Assembly (NCBI GenBank): GCA_025603075.1
Contig: MU626427.1
Coordinates: 1 to 42,136 of the forward strand
From: Neoconidiobolus thromboides FSU 785
Taxonomy: Eukaryota > Fungi > Entomophthoromycota
Reading direction: 5' to 3'
Length of the DNA stretch: 42,136 nucleotides
Shown here piece by piece: positions 12,286-25,294 of this stretch (the first letter of the stretch is position 1; each line of letters begins with the position of its first letter). The position numbers were made by a program, and so were the translations under genes. The notes under the pieces are model-generated. The model searched no databases and was not told the origin of the DNA. It saw only the letters and a list, made by a program, of their open reading frames with translations.

Positions 12286-12741
12286 GTATTATTTTTTTAA
12301 CTTTTTATTAATATTTTAACAAATTACATAATAAAAACCTCTAAAAATTAGATATTAATTATTTTGCTTTCTAGTTGTTTTATTTATGTCATTGATATTG
12401 TAATTATTAACTTATTACATGTAATAAATAAAACTAGCTCATATTAAATACAATATACAAATTTTTGATACTTTTAGATCTTTAAAATTTAATTAAACTT
12501 CAAAATATTTTAATATGAATATATCAGATTTTATCATGAAATTTTTAAAATGCTCTATACATTTAAAATAACCACCTATCTATAAGCTGCTCGTTTTTAC
12601 TACTTTAAGTCATTTAATAGTAACATCGTTATTTCTTCTAATGCTTTCTTCTTTAGGTTATACCTGAATCGATTTGTATAAAGTAAAATTAAAAGTTCTC
12701 AGCATAATTTGCTTGTATTAACAGTGAAAGTTTTCTAATAT

Positions 12742-12839
12742 GGGGATGTGTTTTTATATTTAAGGATTTTAATAACAATTTTCCCACTCAAATAGCGCTT
12801 AAAAATGGAAAAAGTAATGAAACCAAAAAATACATCCCC
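12742..12839 (+). mobile_element. ~98-bp MITE, full length
   Basis: GGGGATG...CATCCCC; flanks ATAT/ATGT. Confidence 0.9.
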
Positions 12840-13373
12840 ATGTAGTAATCTTGTTTTCTTGTATTTTCTTGCTTCTTAATCTTTTCCTTCTATCTCAACT
12901 TTTGATCAATCATCTCCATAAAAATAGGGTAAACGTGATTTTTATAGTACTTTTTAAATAGTTAATACTACAAAAACAAGAAACATTAAAACATAGAAAT
13001 AAGCGTTTTTAATTCTATAATTATTAAAATTAATAACATGTTTTGTTTTTTACTTTTAATATAAAAAATAATTTTTTGGTCTTTTAATCTTTAATAACGT
13101 CCCTAAGTAACTCCAAGCCTAATGAATTTATAGTGGGTTTTTCCACTATAAATTAAAAATACATGATAATTAGAATAGCTTAGATTAAATTCTAATAATA
13201 TAAATCAAAAACATAACCCTTTGCCTTTATTAATTCAAATTTTTGTATTTTTATTTTCATTATTAAAATATTCAGGGATAGTACCTTTTTAAAAATATAA
13301 AAAAATGAGTTGGAATTTCAACAACATTTTGCTAACATTAGTTAGAAAGTAGCATTATAAATATTTAACATAT

Positions 13374-13473
13374 GGGGGTGTTTTTTTTTGGCCTGATTAC
13401 TTTTTCTATCTTTTAAGTGCCATTTGAGTGGAAAAATTGCTAGTAAAATTCTTAAACACAAAAACACATCCCC
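13374..13473 (-). mobile_element. ~98-bp MITE, full length
   Basis: Reverse orientation, GGGGGTG...CATCCCC; flanks ATAT/ATAT. Confidence 0.9.
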
Positions 13474-14011
13474 ATATAGTTATATTTATTATCCTAATCA
13501 TTTTATAAATTTTTTTAAATATGGAGGTTGGTTTATTTGATTATCATTATTAGTTGAAAGTTTAATAGTTTTCACATTAATGTAATGCTTATATTAATAT
13601 TAATATTAATTCATAAATATATTTATATATGTCGTGTTCAAAATTTTTCTAATAGAATTTTGATTTTTTTGTAAGTACTTTTATTTGTAATATTATATAA
13701 TAACCCCTTTAACTTTTGGAGGCAATGGCTTTGATATGCTATAATGTATAAGTAAATTCAAATCATAAAAAGAACACATGTCGCGTATATATCAATTTAA
13801 ACTATTTTAATTTATTTAACTTTTTTCTTTTAGTTTTAGCTATTTTTAAAAATTCCATAAAACTCCCATTGGGCTTGTAAAACATGTGATAGCTTTTAAC
13901 TCCAAACTTATAAAAAATAGTATAGTCATTGGATTTTATTAAAAAGTAAAAAATAATTAATAACTAATCTAAATGCAAATGGGTTAAATTATTGAAAACC
14001 AAATGGTAGTA

Positions 14012-14752
14012 TTAGTGGTGGTCAATGAATAGACCCTTTGAGGAATAGGGGATATAATTTGATGTATTATTATCATATCCATTGGTATTAAACTCATTAC
14101 TATTATATAAATAAGAGGAAGAAGAGCTGTTAATAACATTACTATATTCTAAAGCTAAGGAGTCATAAACTAGAGAGTTATAGTAACTTATAAAATGAGA
14201 GTTAAAATCCTTTTCCAATTGTATTTGCGAGCTAATTGGAAAAAAGAGGTTATCTGGCACATTGCTCCTCACAATATTATTACATAACAACTGTTGTTTA
14301 TCAGTATTATTATCAGCTAAATTACGAGACTCATCGATTTGAATCTTCAAATTATGTTTTATAAAAAAATAATCTATCCATGAAGGCCCTGCTATTATAT
14401 TTTTCAAATCTAACTGTTTGATTAATTGCTGTGCTTTCTCCAACACATCATGGCGGTTTAAAGTTGACTTTGATTGTAATTTTTTGGCTTTACTACTCAC
14501 TTGAGTATACCATAAAAGCAAATGATCTTCTAACGTGCTTTCTGCATGTGAAGATTTAAATTGTTTTTTTACTTCATAGGATTGAATGATCTTACTCCTT
14601 TGATTTATTATTTTACTTACAGTGCTCCTCCCGATTCCAAATATATTGGCTATCTTTTGATGAGAGAAGCCTTGCTCTCTTATCTGGATTATCTCCTTTT
14701 TACGATCTAAACTTATATAGTTACGAACTCTTTTATTTGGTTTTAATAACAT
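14012..14752 (-). CDS. CENP-B/pogo-derived double-HTH protein without DDE (copy 3, about 246 aa)
   Basis: FSHQKIANIFGIGRSTVSKII; LEDHLLLWYT; VLEKAQQLIKQLDL...PSWIDYF; IVRSNVPD. Start moved from 14848 to ATG 14752 because paralogs start at that depth and TATATAAAGG lies at 14812-14803, between the two ATGs. Confidence 0.8.
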   Translation of the reverse strand: MLLKPNKRVRNYISLDRKKEIIQIREQGFSHQKIANIFGIGRSTVSKIINQRSKIIQSYEVKKQFKSSHAESTLEDHLLLWYTQVSSKAKKLQSKSTLNRHDVLEKAQQLIKQLDLKNIIAGPSWIDYFFIKHNLKIQIDESRNLADNNTDKQQLLCNNIVRSNVPDNLFFPISSQIQLEKDFNSHFISYYNSLVYDSLALEYSNVINSSSSSYLYNSNEFNTNGYDNNTSNYIPYSSKGLFIDHH

Positions 14753-15674
14753 TTGAAAGCACTTGTATTTTTTTTTTTTAAAAACTAGGACTTTTTTATC
14801 AACCTTTATATATTTGAAAACTCGAGGTTGTTCCAGGTTTATTATCATATCAAAAATTTCTATTTTTTAAGCAAATATCAAAAAGAGTAAATAATATTCT
14901 CGGAAAATCTTAACGACAAAAATACTGAGAAGGGGAAAATATAATAAATGACTATAATAATTAGAGTAACAAGTTATATAATTGCAAAATCATGAAGGTA
15001 TATATTCGTGGTGATACAATTATATAACATTACCAGTTATAAAAGCAATACCTTAAAAAGTAAAAATCATATCTCAATTTCTAGTTCCGCCGAATATTTA
15101 AGCTTTTATTTAATTAGAGCAAACTATAATTTGTATCAATATCATATAAAATGATCAGCCATTTATAATACACTGTTTTATAAAATAGTTGCGTATGTCA
15201 GTGATTACAAATAACATAACTAAATTAGTAAAAAGCTTTATAATATTCATTTTTGTAAACCGTATCCTGGTTACAATTATAATTTTTATTTGCTTTGTTT
15301 AAATGTTAAACTAGTTTGACCTTTACATTTACAATTATACCTTAGATATCGAAGCATTTATCCTTATTTGGTCTTTAATATAATATTAAATGACTTCTTG
15401 TTCTTCCCGTTAACTCACATATTTATATCTTGTGATTATTTAATTTTTAGTTTACTTTTAAACTATAAGTCGTGTATAGCAATTTGTAAAAATTTATGAA
15501 GCTGATTAATTAATTAATTAATACTTTGATAATCCTTAAAATATCCACATATAGTAAAAACGTTTCAATTGACTTGAATTTACAGATATTCTATTGTAAA
15601 ATTAACTGCATATTTAATTGTTATTCTTTATATTATACCTCAAAAATAAAATCATCTATGAGCTAAAAAGAGAT

Positions 15675-15772
15675 GAGAGTGTTTTTTTGATTTCATTATT
15701 TTTTACATTTTTTAAGCACTATTTAAGCGGAAAATTTGTTAGTAGAATTCTTAAACACAAAAATACATCCCC
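15675..15772 (-). mobile_element. ~98-bp MITE, full length
   Basis: GAGAGTG...CATCCCC; flanks AGAT/ATAT. Confidence 0.85.
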
Positions 15773-17823
15773 ATATAAATAAAACCATATCAATTTATCA
15801 ATTGTTTTATGTTATTTAAGGAATAAAATTTTGAAATAATACATTGAAGTTTTGAAATAGTCTTTTTATCTAAGCTTAGTATGTTTGGCTTAATCAGTTT
15901 GGTAAAGCGCTTTTTGACTAAACTATTGAAATTTAGAAGAACACATTATATTTATAGATTAAAAATATAAGAAAGAAGCACTAAGCAAAGGCAAAAAATA
16001 CAGAGATTTTATGTTATTGAAGAGCTTATTTTTGATCTATTGAAGATTTGACTACCTTTACTTTTTAGTCTCATTATAAAGCTTAAAATAAAGTTTTCAG
16101 ACCCAAAATTGGAATTTTTTATCTTTAAAATAATGTGCAAACCACGTGTATAGCAAATTTGGTAAATGACTAATTTTAAATTCCCTATTCTGTATTTAAA
16201 TTTATTGAATAAGGAAAAGCATAATAAAAGTTTGTAACATATTATTATACTAACATTAGATGAGACGATAATGGTTGATCTAATAAATAGTGAACTTTTT
16301 TTAAAGCTATGATACATTAAGATAATTATTATACGGGCGGATACAATATTAAACCAGTATTAGAAGATATAATCCATAACTCTAACAAGCAAGCAAGCAA
16401 AATTACATTTTATTAAAAACACTTGTTCATTTATTTTATTTATTAAAGTTACAATCGAAATTTGATAAGCTATATATAATTCAAATCAAGTATTATATAT
16501 TAACATAACTTTTATTATAGCAACTTTATTTAAGTTAAAATCAGTAGGAATCGAACCAAAGATAATAATGGCTAGAACTCATAAATTAGTACTAAAGTCG
16601 TAAATATTACAAATTAAGTTGAGATACAACTTTTGATTATAGTAGTATAATAAAATGCAGATTAGAAATGTGAAATAGAAGCAATTTAAAGTTAAGAATT
16701 GGAATTTTATAATATTTGACAAAAAGCAAGTATCTAGATTATAGAATAAAAATAAAAGTACTATGTATAAGTGAAATTATCAAATAACATTATAAGTACC
16801 ATAATAGATAGCAGTAGTTTTTTTTGTAACACCCAACTAAATAACAATAGATAATGGGGTTTTTAGTCAAAGAGTTTTTAATTATATCTTAAGTCATTTT
16901 AATCTTAGCCTGTATTTAGATCAATATGTAAGTTTCAAATAATTTATAACTTATAAATTAATTTATTGCAACATAGCTTTCTAGGTCACATTTGGTTAGT
17001 TTTTGGACAATATTTTTATCAATTTAAATAGCATCTCCTTGTTTTGGTAAACTGAAAAAAGGCTTTCTTAAATACTGAGAAGGGAAATACCTTAAATAGG
17101 TAATAGTTTAATAAAAATCCATAATTAGTTTTTTTTAATAGATACAAAAAAATCCGCATTTAGATTATATTTGTTATGAAAAATCTGTATAGAACACTAA
17201 ATATAAGTGAAATTACTAATAAGCTATGAAAAAAATCAAAAAGTTCTAAAAATTCAACAGTTTTAATTAAAAAGACATGTGGTTTTTTTACATAAATTAT
17301 ATATATGTGCAAAAGTTCGCTTAAAGAGTTTTGAGTTAATTAAATTGGCCATTTTTAAAGTATGAAGGAGTTATATAAATAAAGTCTTACGGAAATCCTA
17401 ATATCATCAAAAGCTGAAACTTTTATTTCTATTCTAAAAACTTATATATACATTTGATGCTTTAAGAATAATTACAAAACAAGTATAAAACTTGATACTC
17501 AAAGTCTGTTTGCTTTATATTAGTTATAAAAAGCTGAAATTTAGAAAAAAAAGTTTACAATAATTTATTAAAAATATATATGAAGTATTAAAAAGTATTC
17601 AATAAATACAAAATTATATTAGTAGTAGCAATAAAAAATAAAGAACATTTTTTAATAAAAAGCTGAGAATATAAACAAGGTTCAAAATTTAATTATATAA
17701 TAGGGTATTATATTTTAAATAAAAATAACAGCTTTTACACATATCATGAGTTTACTATAATACCGTAATATATATTCAAATAAATTAGTAATAAATAAAT
17801 TAATTTAAAAATAAACACAATAT

Positions 17824-17921
17824 AGGGATGCGTTTTTATGTTTGAGAATTTTACCAACAATTTTTCTGCTCAAATAATGCTTAAAAGATAGAAAAAGTAA
17901 TGAAGCCAAAAAAACATCCCC
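17824..17921 (+). mobile_element. ~98-bp MITE, full length
   Basis: AGGGATG...CATCCCC; flanks ATAT/ATAT. Confidence 0.9.
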
Positions 17922-17941
17922 ATATTTTAAACTAAGAAATC

Positions 17942-18015
17942 AGGGCATCTTTTTAGTTTTATTACTTTTTCTATCTTTTAAGCATTATTTGAGCAGAAAA
18001 GCTATCAGTAAAATT
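17942..18015 (-). mobile_element. Truncated MITE in inverted orientation next to the 17824 copy
   Basis: 17961-18000 is the exact reverse complement of 17862-17901 (40 bp). Confidence 0.8.
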
Positions 18016-18165
18016 AATTAAAAAATACTGAAAATATAAAATTAATTATATTTTATTATTATAAAAAAACAAGAAAAATGTCATTTTGGCCCAGTTTTAG
18101 CCTTGGTCAAATAATTTTTAAAAAAATAAGTTAATTAATAGTTTTAAAACTATGCCTATTTATAT

Positions 18166-18264
18166 GGAGATGTATTTTTGTGTTTAAGAGTTTTACTAAC
18201 AATTTTCCCACTCAAATAGCGCTTAAGAGATAGAAAAAGTGATGAAGCCAAAAAAAACACTCCT
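18166..18264 (+). mobile_element. ~98-bp MITE, full length
   Basis: GGAGATG...CACTCCT; flanks ATAT/GTAT. Confidence 0.85.
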
Positions 18265-19139
18265 GTATATAACTTTAAATACGTTTTTTATTTTATTTGG
18301 CTTTTTTTATAGCTTTCTTGGTTTTTCCTTAAATTTTTTGACTCTCTTGTACTATACCAACCCAAATGTAAACGGTTCGGAAGTTGAATGTTTCTTAAAG
18401 CAAAGTCGTAAGGACGGTCTAAATAAGTATGAAATTGAATGATATATACAAATAAAATAGTATAAAAATTATAATCATTTAAGTTACCTTAAGCTAATTT
18501 CTTGAACTAATAGTATTTTTTAGGGGGATATGTAGTTAGAAACTTCTATTAAACTATAAAAGCAAAGTTTAGAACTAGTTTATTAAGGATATAATTAACT
18601 ATTAGTGTTTTTCAAAGCTCTAACCTCTAACCTCTAATTTTCAAAATAACAAAAGGCTCAGATTAGTAGCATTCATAAGTTTTATTGGCGATAAATACCT
18701 TTGCCAGTAAATTAAATTAAAAGCTCAGTTATCGCTATTAACATTTAGCTAGAAGTGAGATAGGGCAAATTATTAAACTCATAATTCGACAACTTCTAAG
18801 ATCAAATGCTAAGCCTAAGCCTTCAAAAGGCTCCCTTGATAAAATTTTAAACGGGATAATAGTGATAATTATATATTTTAAAATTTGTTGAAAAAAGTTA
18901 AAACTTCATTAGGGTTAGATGTGTATTAATTTTAATAAACATTAAAACTGATATATTCAATTTCACATACTTAAATGTATTAGTTATTTTAAACTTTTAA
19001 ACAGTAATTACATAATCTGAGATATAATTTATTTGTAGAACTTGTATCTTATAATGTGAGTTTAATATATATTTGAAGTTTGATCGTTATAGTCAAGGGT
19101 TAAAATTCCAATCGAGTGATAGTATTGATATGGATATCA

Positions 19140-19868
19140 TCATATATATTGAGTATAAAAGGCTTCATAAGATAGGCTATTGATAGAAGAAATAGGGCTT
19201 TGAGTATAGGTATTTGACATATAATCAAAATAATTTGGAAAAATTCCAGAAGCTAAACTATCTGAAGAGTAGATTTGATTTAGATTATAATCATATAAAG
19301 AGAAATCCAGATTAGAGCCATTCATGTTGTCTAAACTCAAATTGTTTTCAGCGAATGAGCGTGAATCTAAATACAGAGTATTTGAGGTATTACTTAACAG
19401 TGTAGAATCCGCTTCCTCGTTTTTGTTAATCCTTAATTTAAACTTCCTTAAAAATCTCTTAATCCATTTCGAATCGATATCAGAACTACCCAACTTTAAA
19501 CTACCAGCAATCTCATTAGCCTTGTTAACAACACACTTTGAAGTTATGTTCGATTTGATCAAGTTAACACTACTTAATTCAATATTCTGACCTTCTGTAC
19601 ACCACAAGTATAACAGGTTCTCCAATTTCTCGTCTTGATTCTTTTTAAAACATTTACGAGGGTCATATTTTAATATCTCATGGTTTAATATTTCATCCTT
19701 CCTTAATATTATTTTAGTGATCGTGCTTCTAGCAACATTGAACTTTTCAGCCAGACTCTTGTGAGTTAATCCACTTTCTGCTAGCTTCACTATGGTTTTT
19801 TTCGTATGAATATTTAAAACATTACGGTGCTTTCTCGCTTTTCTTTGAATTAGCTTGTTTGATCTCAT
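19140..19868 (-). CDS. CENP-B/pogo-derived double-HTH protein without DDE (copy 4, 242 aa)
   Basis: The track start 19892 is TTG; the first ATG is 19868 (MRSNKLIQRK). LTHKSLAEKFNVARSTITKII; DPRKC; LENLLYLWCTEGQNI; KWIKRFLRKF; KSNVP degenerate or absent; TATATAAATA at 19913-19904. Confidence 0.85.
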   Translation of the reverse strand: MRSNKLIQRKARKHRNVLNIHTKKTIVKLAESGLTHKSLAEKFNVARSTITKIILRKDEILNHEILKYDPRKCFKKNQDEKLENLLYLWCTEGQNIELSSVNLIKSNITSKCVVNKANEIAGSLKLGSSDIDSKWIKRFLRKFKLRINKNEEADSTLLSNTSNTLYLDSRSFAENNLSLDNMNGSNLDFSLYDYNLNQIYSSDSLASGIFPNYFDYMSNTYTQSPISSINSLSYEAFYTQYI

Positions 19869-20398
19869 TATTAGTTTTAGAATAAAATGCAAGCTTTGTA
19901 AGGTATTTATATATCTATTTTTTTTATTAACATATGTGATTTATTTGTATTTTTTTAAAAATACACTAGATTTACAATTTGTCAATTTCATATCATACTA
20001 CCCAAATGTTTCCATCAAACTTCTATTTAAATTTTTTTAAATTATAAAGAATTACCAAAAGTTTTTATTTATTTTGCTGTAAAAACTTAGACCAATCACA
20101 TAAGCAAGTACATGCTATTAAGTATCTATTATATGTTGATACCACAAGTTAATATATATACATTTCTTTCTTAATTTCTGAAAGTGTAGCATAATTAGAT
20201 TGATATTGTTTAGTCAAAGAAATCCTAAATTACAAAAACAATTCTATAGTATACTCAGCAACATACGATGGACGGCATATTTTTGAATCATTTTTAATTT
20301 TAACTTCTATTTAGAAAGTTCGATTGAAAATACAATAAACTAGTAGTGTTAAATCATATTTAGCAATAATATAAATCAAGAATTCGGTTTAATAATTT

Positions 20399-20497
20399 GG
20401 GAGTGTTTTTTTTGACTTCATTACTTTTTCCATCTTTTAAGCGCTATTTGAGTGGAAAAATTATTAGTAAAATTCTTAAATACAAAAATACATCCCC
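20399..20497 (-). mobile_element. ~98-bp MITE, full length
   Basis: GGGAGTG...CATCCCC; perfect non-palindromic ATTT/ATTT duplication. Confidence 0.9.
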
Positions 20498-20751
20498 ATT
20501 TAGTATTTCTAAAATGATTAATTAGTGTTTCTAAAGTAGAATTTCTAAAATAACTACCTTTATGTTTAAAAACATCACTTTTTTGATTTTATTTATTATA
20601 CATTCAATAAAATATATAAGCATTACCATAGCTTAATTAGTTAGAATGACTATTAGTGTAGCTATAATTGATTAAAATGAATTAGTACCATTAGTTATTT
20701 AAATCTATTTTTAAAATTTTAGTTTGCTTCCATATTATTACAAAACCATAT

Positions 20752-20776
20752 GAGGATGTATTTTTAGGTTTAAGAA
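20752..20776 (+). mobile_element. MITE 5'-end fragment
   Basis: ATAT-GAGGATGTATTTTTAGGTTTAAGAA matches the left end of the consensus, then similarity stops. Confidence 0.5.
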
Positions 20777-21121
20777 TAATTTTTTATGAAACTTAAAATA
20801 AAGTTTATTTAAATCCCAGTTAGGTTTATAAGTAAACTAATATACAAGCCCAAAGCTATTAACCGCAATAATTAGCTATTATGATATTTATACATAATCA
20901 TTATTAACTATTTTTATTAAGCATTTACCACTTTTAGTTAAAACGGGATAAACTCGTCATATTCCACATTCTAAGCACAATCATTTATATTTTATTGGAA
21001 TACACTCTAAGTATAGTAAATTACATAATTTTTTTGAATAGGAACAAAAAATTCAAAGTTAAAATTTAAATATATGAAGACAATTAATTGAGTGAAATAA
21101 TCCCTAGATTATATAATAATA

Positions 21122-21170
21122 GATTATAATATATTTGATTATAATATATTTGATTATAATATATTTGATT
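21122..21170. repeat. Tandem repeat (GATTATAATATATTT) x3.3
   Basis: Three perfect 15-bp units plus GATT. Confidence 0.85.
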
Positions 21171-22078
21171 TAAATTTTATCAAAAATCCTTTAAAATAGC
21201 TAAGAGATTAGCGAACTAACGTTATAATAAAAGACCAATAATAATAAAAGCTTTTTAAATAAGATTATTTTTTCAATATTATATCAGAATTTAATTAAAA
21301 ACAGCAACGAAAGCTACCTACAGAAATGTTAAAACAACCGCTCTATTTTATAAGTAAAGATATGTTTTGTCTAAAATCTAAAAATGGCACATATGCTTAA
21401 CTATGGCTGATAGTTGGAATATTTAACAATCAAAAAACCTAATGGTAAAAATCCGAATTAAGAGTATACCATTTATACTAAATAACCGGCTTTTCTAACG
21501 TCTTTCTTTCAGATGCTTTTTAATATAAGTTCTATACTTTGATTTTTCGGAAAAAAAGTATTTTAAACTTGAAGAGGTTCACTCTTACAATATATAGAGC
21601 CGTAAAACTATTTGTATTCAAAATACCCAAATCATATTATTGCTTAATATTAAACATTAAACATTAAACATTGTGGTTTATCTATAATTATGATTCAAAT
21701 TTTTAGAAATTGATTAAAATGCTCTTCTCAAAGAAAATAAGGGCCTTTCGAGGCCAGAGATTTATACAGGTGTCCCTGGGAATAAAGTAATAAAGGCTCA
21801 AATGTCAAATGCGTTTGGCTTTAAGGAAACATAACAAAAATGATTAAGCATATATAAATATACGCATACGTGATCTATTTTATAATATCCATCACTTTAT
21901 TATAAAGAGCTTACATAAGGCTATGCTTAGATTTTAAAAGCAATTGTCATTGGTCTACTAAAATAATGTTATAAAACTAATAATATATAATATTAGTTTT
22001 ATTATAACAGTATATATGAGTGATCCAAAAAACAATTATATTATATTTCTCTATTTTGAAGGCTTTTAAGCAATATAT

Positions 22079-22170
22079 GGGAATATTTTTTTGGTTTTAT
22101 TACTTTTCCATTTTTAAGCGCTATTTGAGTGAAAGGATTGTTAGTAAAGTTCTTAAAAAAATGCATTCCC
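22079..22170 (-). mobile_element. MITE, full length (92 bp)
   Basis: GGGAATA...CATTCCC; flanks ATAT/GTAT. Confidence 0.8.
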
Positions 22171-23093
22171 GTATGTTTAATAAAACTCAAACATTGACTT
22201 TACTACCAGTTCAAGCGGTAACATTTATGACTTTAAATAAAAAATAAAAATATCTGTTTTTGAATTCTTAATAAAATATCATTAATTAGATAGTCAGTTT
22301 TCATTTTGAATAACTTCTGATAACTTCTATTGTTTATCAACATCTAAAACCTATCCTTGGTTTTTACATAAATCAAGCAGCGATTAGAGCGGACAAACTA
22401 TTGCATAACTATAACGTTAATAAATCACTATATTTGATTTTTTTGACATATTGGTGTATTTGTTAGAATGGTAATTAAATAATTGGATCAAGATCCAGTT
22501 AAAAGCTAATTCCATTTGCAATAGTAACACATTTATCTTAGCTGTATCTTTTATTTTGGGACTCATTTTTATAAATGAGTAATAGCTTGGGAGCATACAA
22601 TAGTTTCTATAGGGGTTTTGACACAATGTCTTCAGTAATGTATATACAGCTATTTCATGGGTGAATGTTTTTAATAAATCAAAGCAATTTTTAAAAATGA
22701 TCAACTATTTATAACAAAGTACTTAGAAGTTACACTCTTTCGAGGTTTTATTCCTTTTTTAAGCTTAAAATTTAAATAACTGTTAACTAAATTCTTAATC
22801 AAGAAAATAATAAAAGTCGTAGTCAGGGCGTCATCTTTGTAAACCATACTGGTCCCTAGTTTATTTATTGATACAAAGGATAAACAAAAAATATCCAAGT
22901 TTCAATTTTTATCATGTTTACCTTTATAAAGGTATTGGCAATCAAGTTCAATAGCATAGTTATAATAGCTATTAAGTATTAAACTTAAATGATGTCTTTT
23001 GGTCAATTTCCACCAGGATATGGTTTATTTATTTTATACTAAATAATTGTAATGGTTTACATAACTATACGCTTCATTAAAATGACATAAGGT

Positions 23094-23191
23094 GGGGATG
23101 TATTTTTGTAGTTAACAATTTACTAACAATTTTCTTCCTCAAACAGTGCCTAAAAGATGAAAAAAATGATGAAGCCAAAAAAAACATCCCC
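23094..23191 (+). mobile_element. ~98-bp MITE, full length
   Basis: GGGGATG...CATCCCC; flanks AGGT/AGAT. Confidence 0.9.
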
Positions 23192-23412
23192 AGATATTAA
23201 ATTTAACTTTAAATTTGTTTACTGTAGTCCACTATAGATTCCAATACAAATTTAAATTTAAATTTTATTTCAAACGAAAGGCAAATAACATAGATATCGG
23301 CTAAAATATTTATGTGATTCTTAATGTATCGAAAGTACGATTTGTAGTAGGTATAAAATTGGATACCCTAAAAGTTTTTTTACAATTTATTTTATAATCA
23401 TTACAAATATAT

Positions 23413-23512
23413 GGGAGTGTTTTTTCTGGCTTCATTACTTTTTCCATCTTTTAAGCGCTATCTGAATGGAAAAAACTACTATTAAAATTCTTAAACACAA
23501 AAACATATCACC
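23413..23512 (-). mobile_element. ~98-bp MITE, full length
   Basis: GGGAGTG...TATCACC; flanks ATAT/ATAT. Confidence 0.85.
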
Positions 23513-24619
23513 ATATGGAGTTCACTTAATACATAATCTGGTTAGGGAAGTTTCATAGAGAAAATACAGGAGTATAAATTGATTGCAACTTATCTTAAAA
23601 TCTCACGAACTGCAATAGATTTACAATGTAACAACTTTTTCGCTAAACTTCTGGTACTATGAAGCGTAATATAAAATGAACATTTGGTGCCTTATTATTA
23701 ATAACATAAACAGGTTTATCAATATACGATTTGGGGTGATTTTGGTTCATCTAAATTTTATACTTTGTTTGAGTGAAAGCTATTAATAGTTAAATAATCT
23801 TTTAATTCTAATCATATATTTGAAAACTGCTAGACTACAAAAGAATCAATATTAAAAAATAAGATGCTAAATAAATGGTTTAAAGCTGCTACTAGATTTG
23901 TGTCATTATTTTGGAATTGATTTATTTAGGAATTACAATTAGTGATATAATGAATTAGTTATTTATAAACTTGCACTAGTGTAGAAGTTCAATATATTCG
24001 ATATTAATTTTACACATAGCAAAGTTAAATAATGGATATTCAAACTGTGAATTAATGGTTAGTTAATTAATTTATGTTAATATAATTTTTTTTAGTTATG
24101 GCTGAGTACTCAAATTATAATAAATTCTAACAGTTTATTATGTATTCAATACATAACCCCAAATATAATATAGATTGATAGATCCATTAAATAAAAAATA
24201 GCCTTTTAATGTATATAATAATTATTTATAAGTGTTATATTAGATAAAAAATTAGTATTTGAAATACACCTTGAAGCTATTTATTAAATTTAGTAAGCTT
24301 ACAGTATGCATATAATGAACTATGATAAATTTGGTAATTTTAAAAATAAATCCATTTAATAGCAGTTTAATATATTTTGAAATTCTATTCATTTCAAACT
24401 TCTTATTATAATATCATTTATTTAAATAAAAGAATATAATTAATAGAATGCCTAAAGTAATTGTTCTTTAAAATTAAAAGTAATAAAGTGATATCTACAG
24501 CTAAATTTATAGCTATTCATTCTATAATAACTAAACTATTATGAAAACGTCAATATGAAGCTATTTGTTGGCTATAAAATAAAAACGAACATAAATCTTT
24601 AACACAAACATGAAGTATT

Positions 24620-25294
24620 ATGAACTCGGAAAACTACAACACATCAAGAAAAAAGAGAAAGGTCTTAAATATACATATCAAAAAAGAAATCGTAAGGCTA
24701 GCAGAAGAAGGAGCAACCCATAAGGATTTAGCTGAAATGTATGATATTGGAAGGAGTACAGTTACTAAAATAATACTAAGGAAAGATGAAATATTGAACT
24801 ATGAAATATTAGAAAATGATCCACGTAAATGCTTTAGAAAAAATAAAGACGAGAAATTGGAATCTATATTATATACTTGGTGTACAGAAGGCCAAAATAT
24901 TGATTTTAATAATTTTAGCTTTGTTAGGGAAAACATAGAAATTACTGATATAGCATCTAAAGCTATCTCTCTCGCCAATGAGCTAAATATTAATTTAGAC
25001 CACGACCTCAATTGGGCTAAGAAATTTTTAAGAAAATTCAAGCTTAAGTTAAAGAAGCATAATAAAAATTCGGAACTTGTTGTTGGAAGTAACGTACCTG
25101 AAAATTTCAACTTGAACTTAGAAACGCCCATTTCGTGCGTTAATATTGTTAATTCTTTTGATACTTATCAAAACTTTTACAATTATAGCTATGAAACTCA
25201 AACCAACATTTATCCGAAACACAACCCTATATATGAAGACAACTCGGATGTCTATTATCAAAATCCTTATATTTATATGCATACTTCAAAATAA
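24620..25294 (+). CDS. CENP-B/pogo-derived double-HTH protein without DDE (copy 5, 224 aa)
   Basis: ATHKDLAEMYDIGRSTVTKII; DPRKC; LESILYTWCTEGQNI; VVGSNVPE; Y/N-rich tail; TATAAAA at 24573-24579. Confidence 0.85.
   Translation: MNSENYNTSRKKRKVLNIHIKKEIVRLAEEGATHKDLAEMYDIGRSTVTKIILRKDEILNYEILENDPRKCFRKNKDEKLESILYTWCTEGQNIDFNNFSFVRENIEITDIASKAISLANELNINLDHDLNWAKKFLRKFKLKLKKHNKNSELVVGSNVPENFNLNLETPISCVNIVNSFDTYQNFYNYSYETQTNIYPKHNPIYEDNSDVYYQNPYIYMHTSK

Noticed and set aside
16009-16317. 102-aa minus-strand ORF
   Set aside because: I/L/K/F/S-rich composition typical of chance AT-rich ORFs; no motif recognised, though a decayed relic cannot be excluded.
14920-17084. Exact 15-mer AAATACTGAGAAGGG at 14920 and 17070
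   Set aside because: Two copies only with no extended flanking similarity; chance cannot be excluded in AT-rich DNA.
18239-18442. 67-aa ORF (and 22020-22247)
   Set aside because: Partly made of MITE sequence, low-complexity composition, no recognisable domain.
19324-19590. 88-aa + strand ORF (also 24799-25131, 27118-27447, 27293-27676 and 36456-36653)
   Set aside because: Antisense or alternative-frame shadows of the HTH genes, the pseudogene and the CsbD-like ORF.
21742-21755. GGCCT-TTCG-AGGCC mini-hairpin near the centre of the divergent spacer
   Set aside because: Only a 5-bp stem and single occurrence; too weak to call.
22417-22898. Two overlapping minus-strand ORFs as a Sola transposase remnant
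   Set aside because: No DDE-like or other recognisable motif; needs a profile search before any claim.
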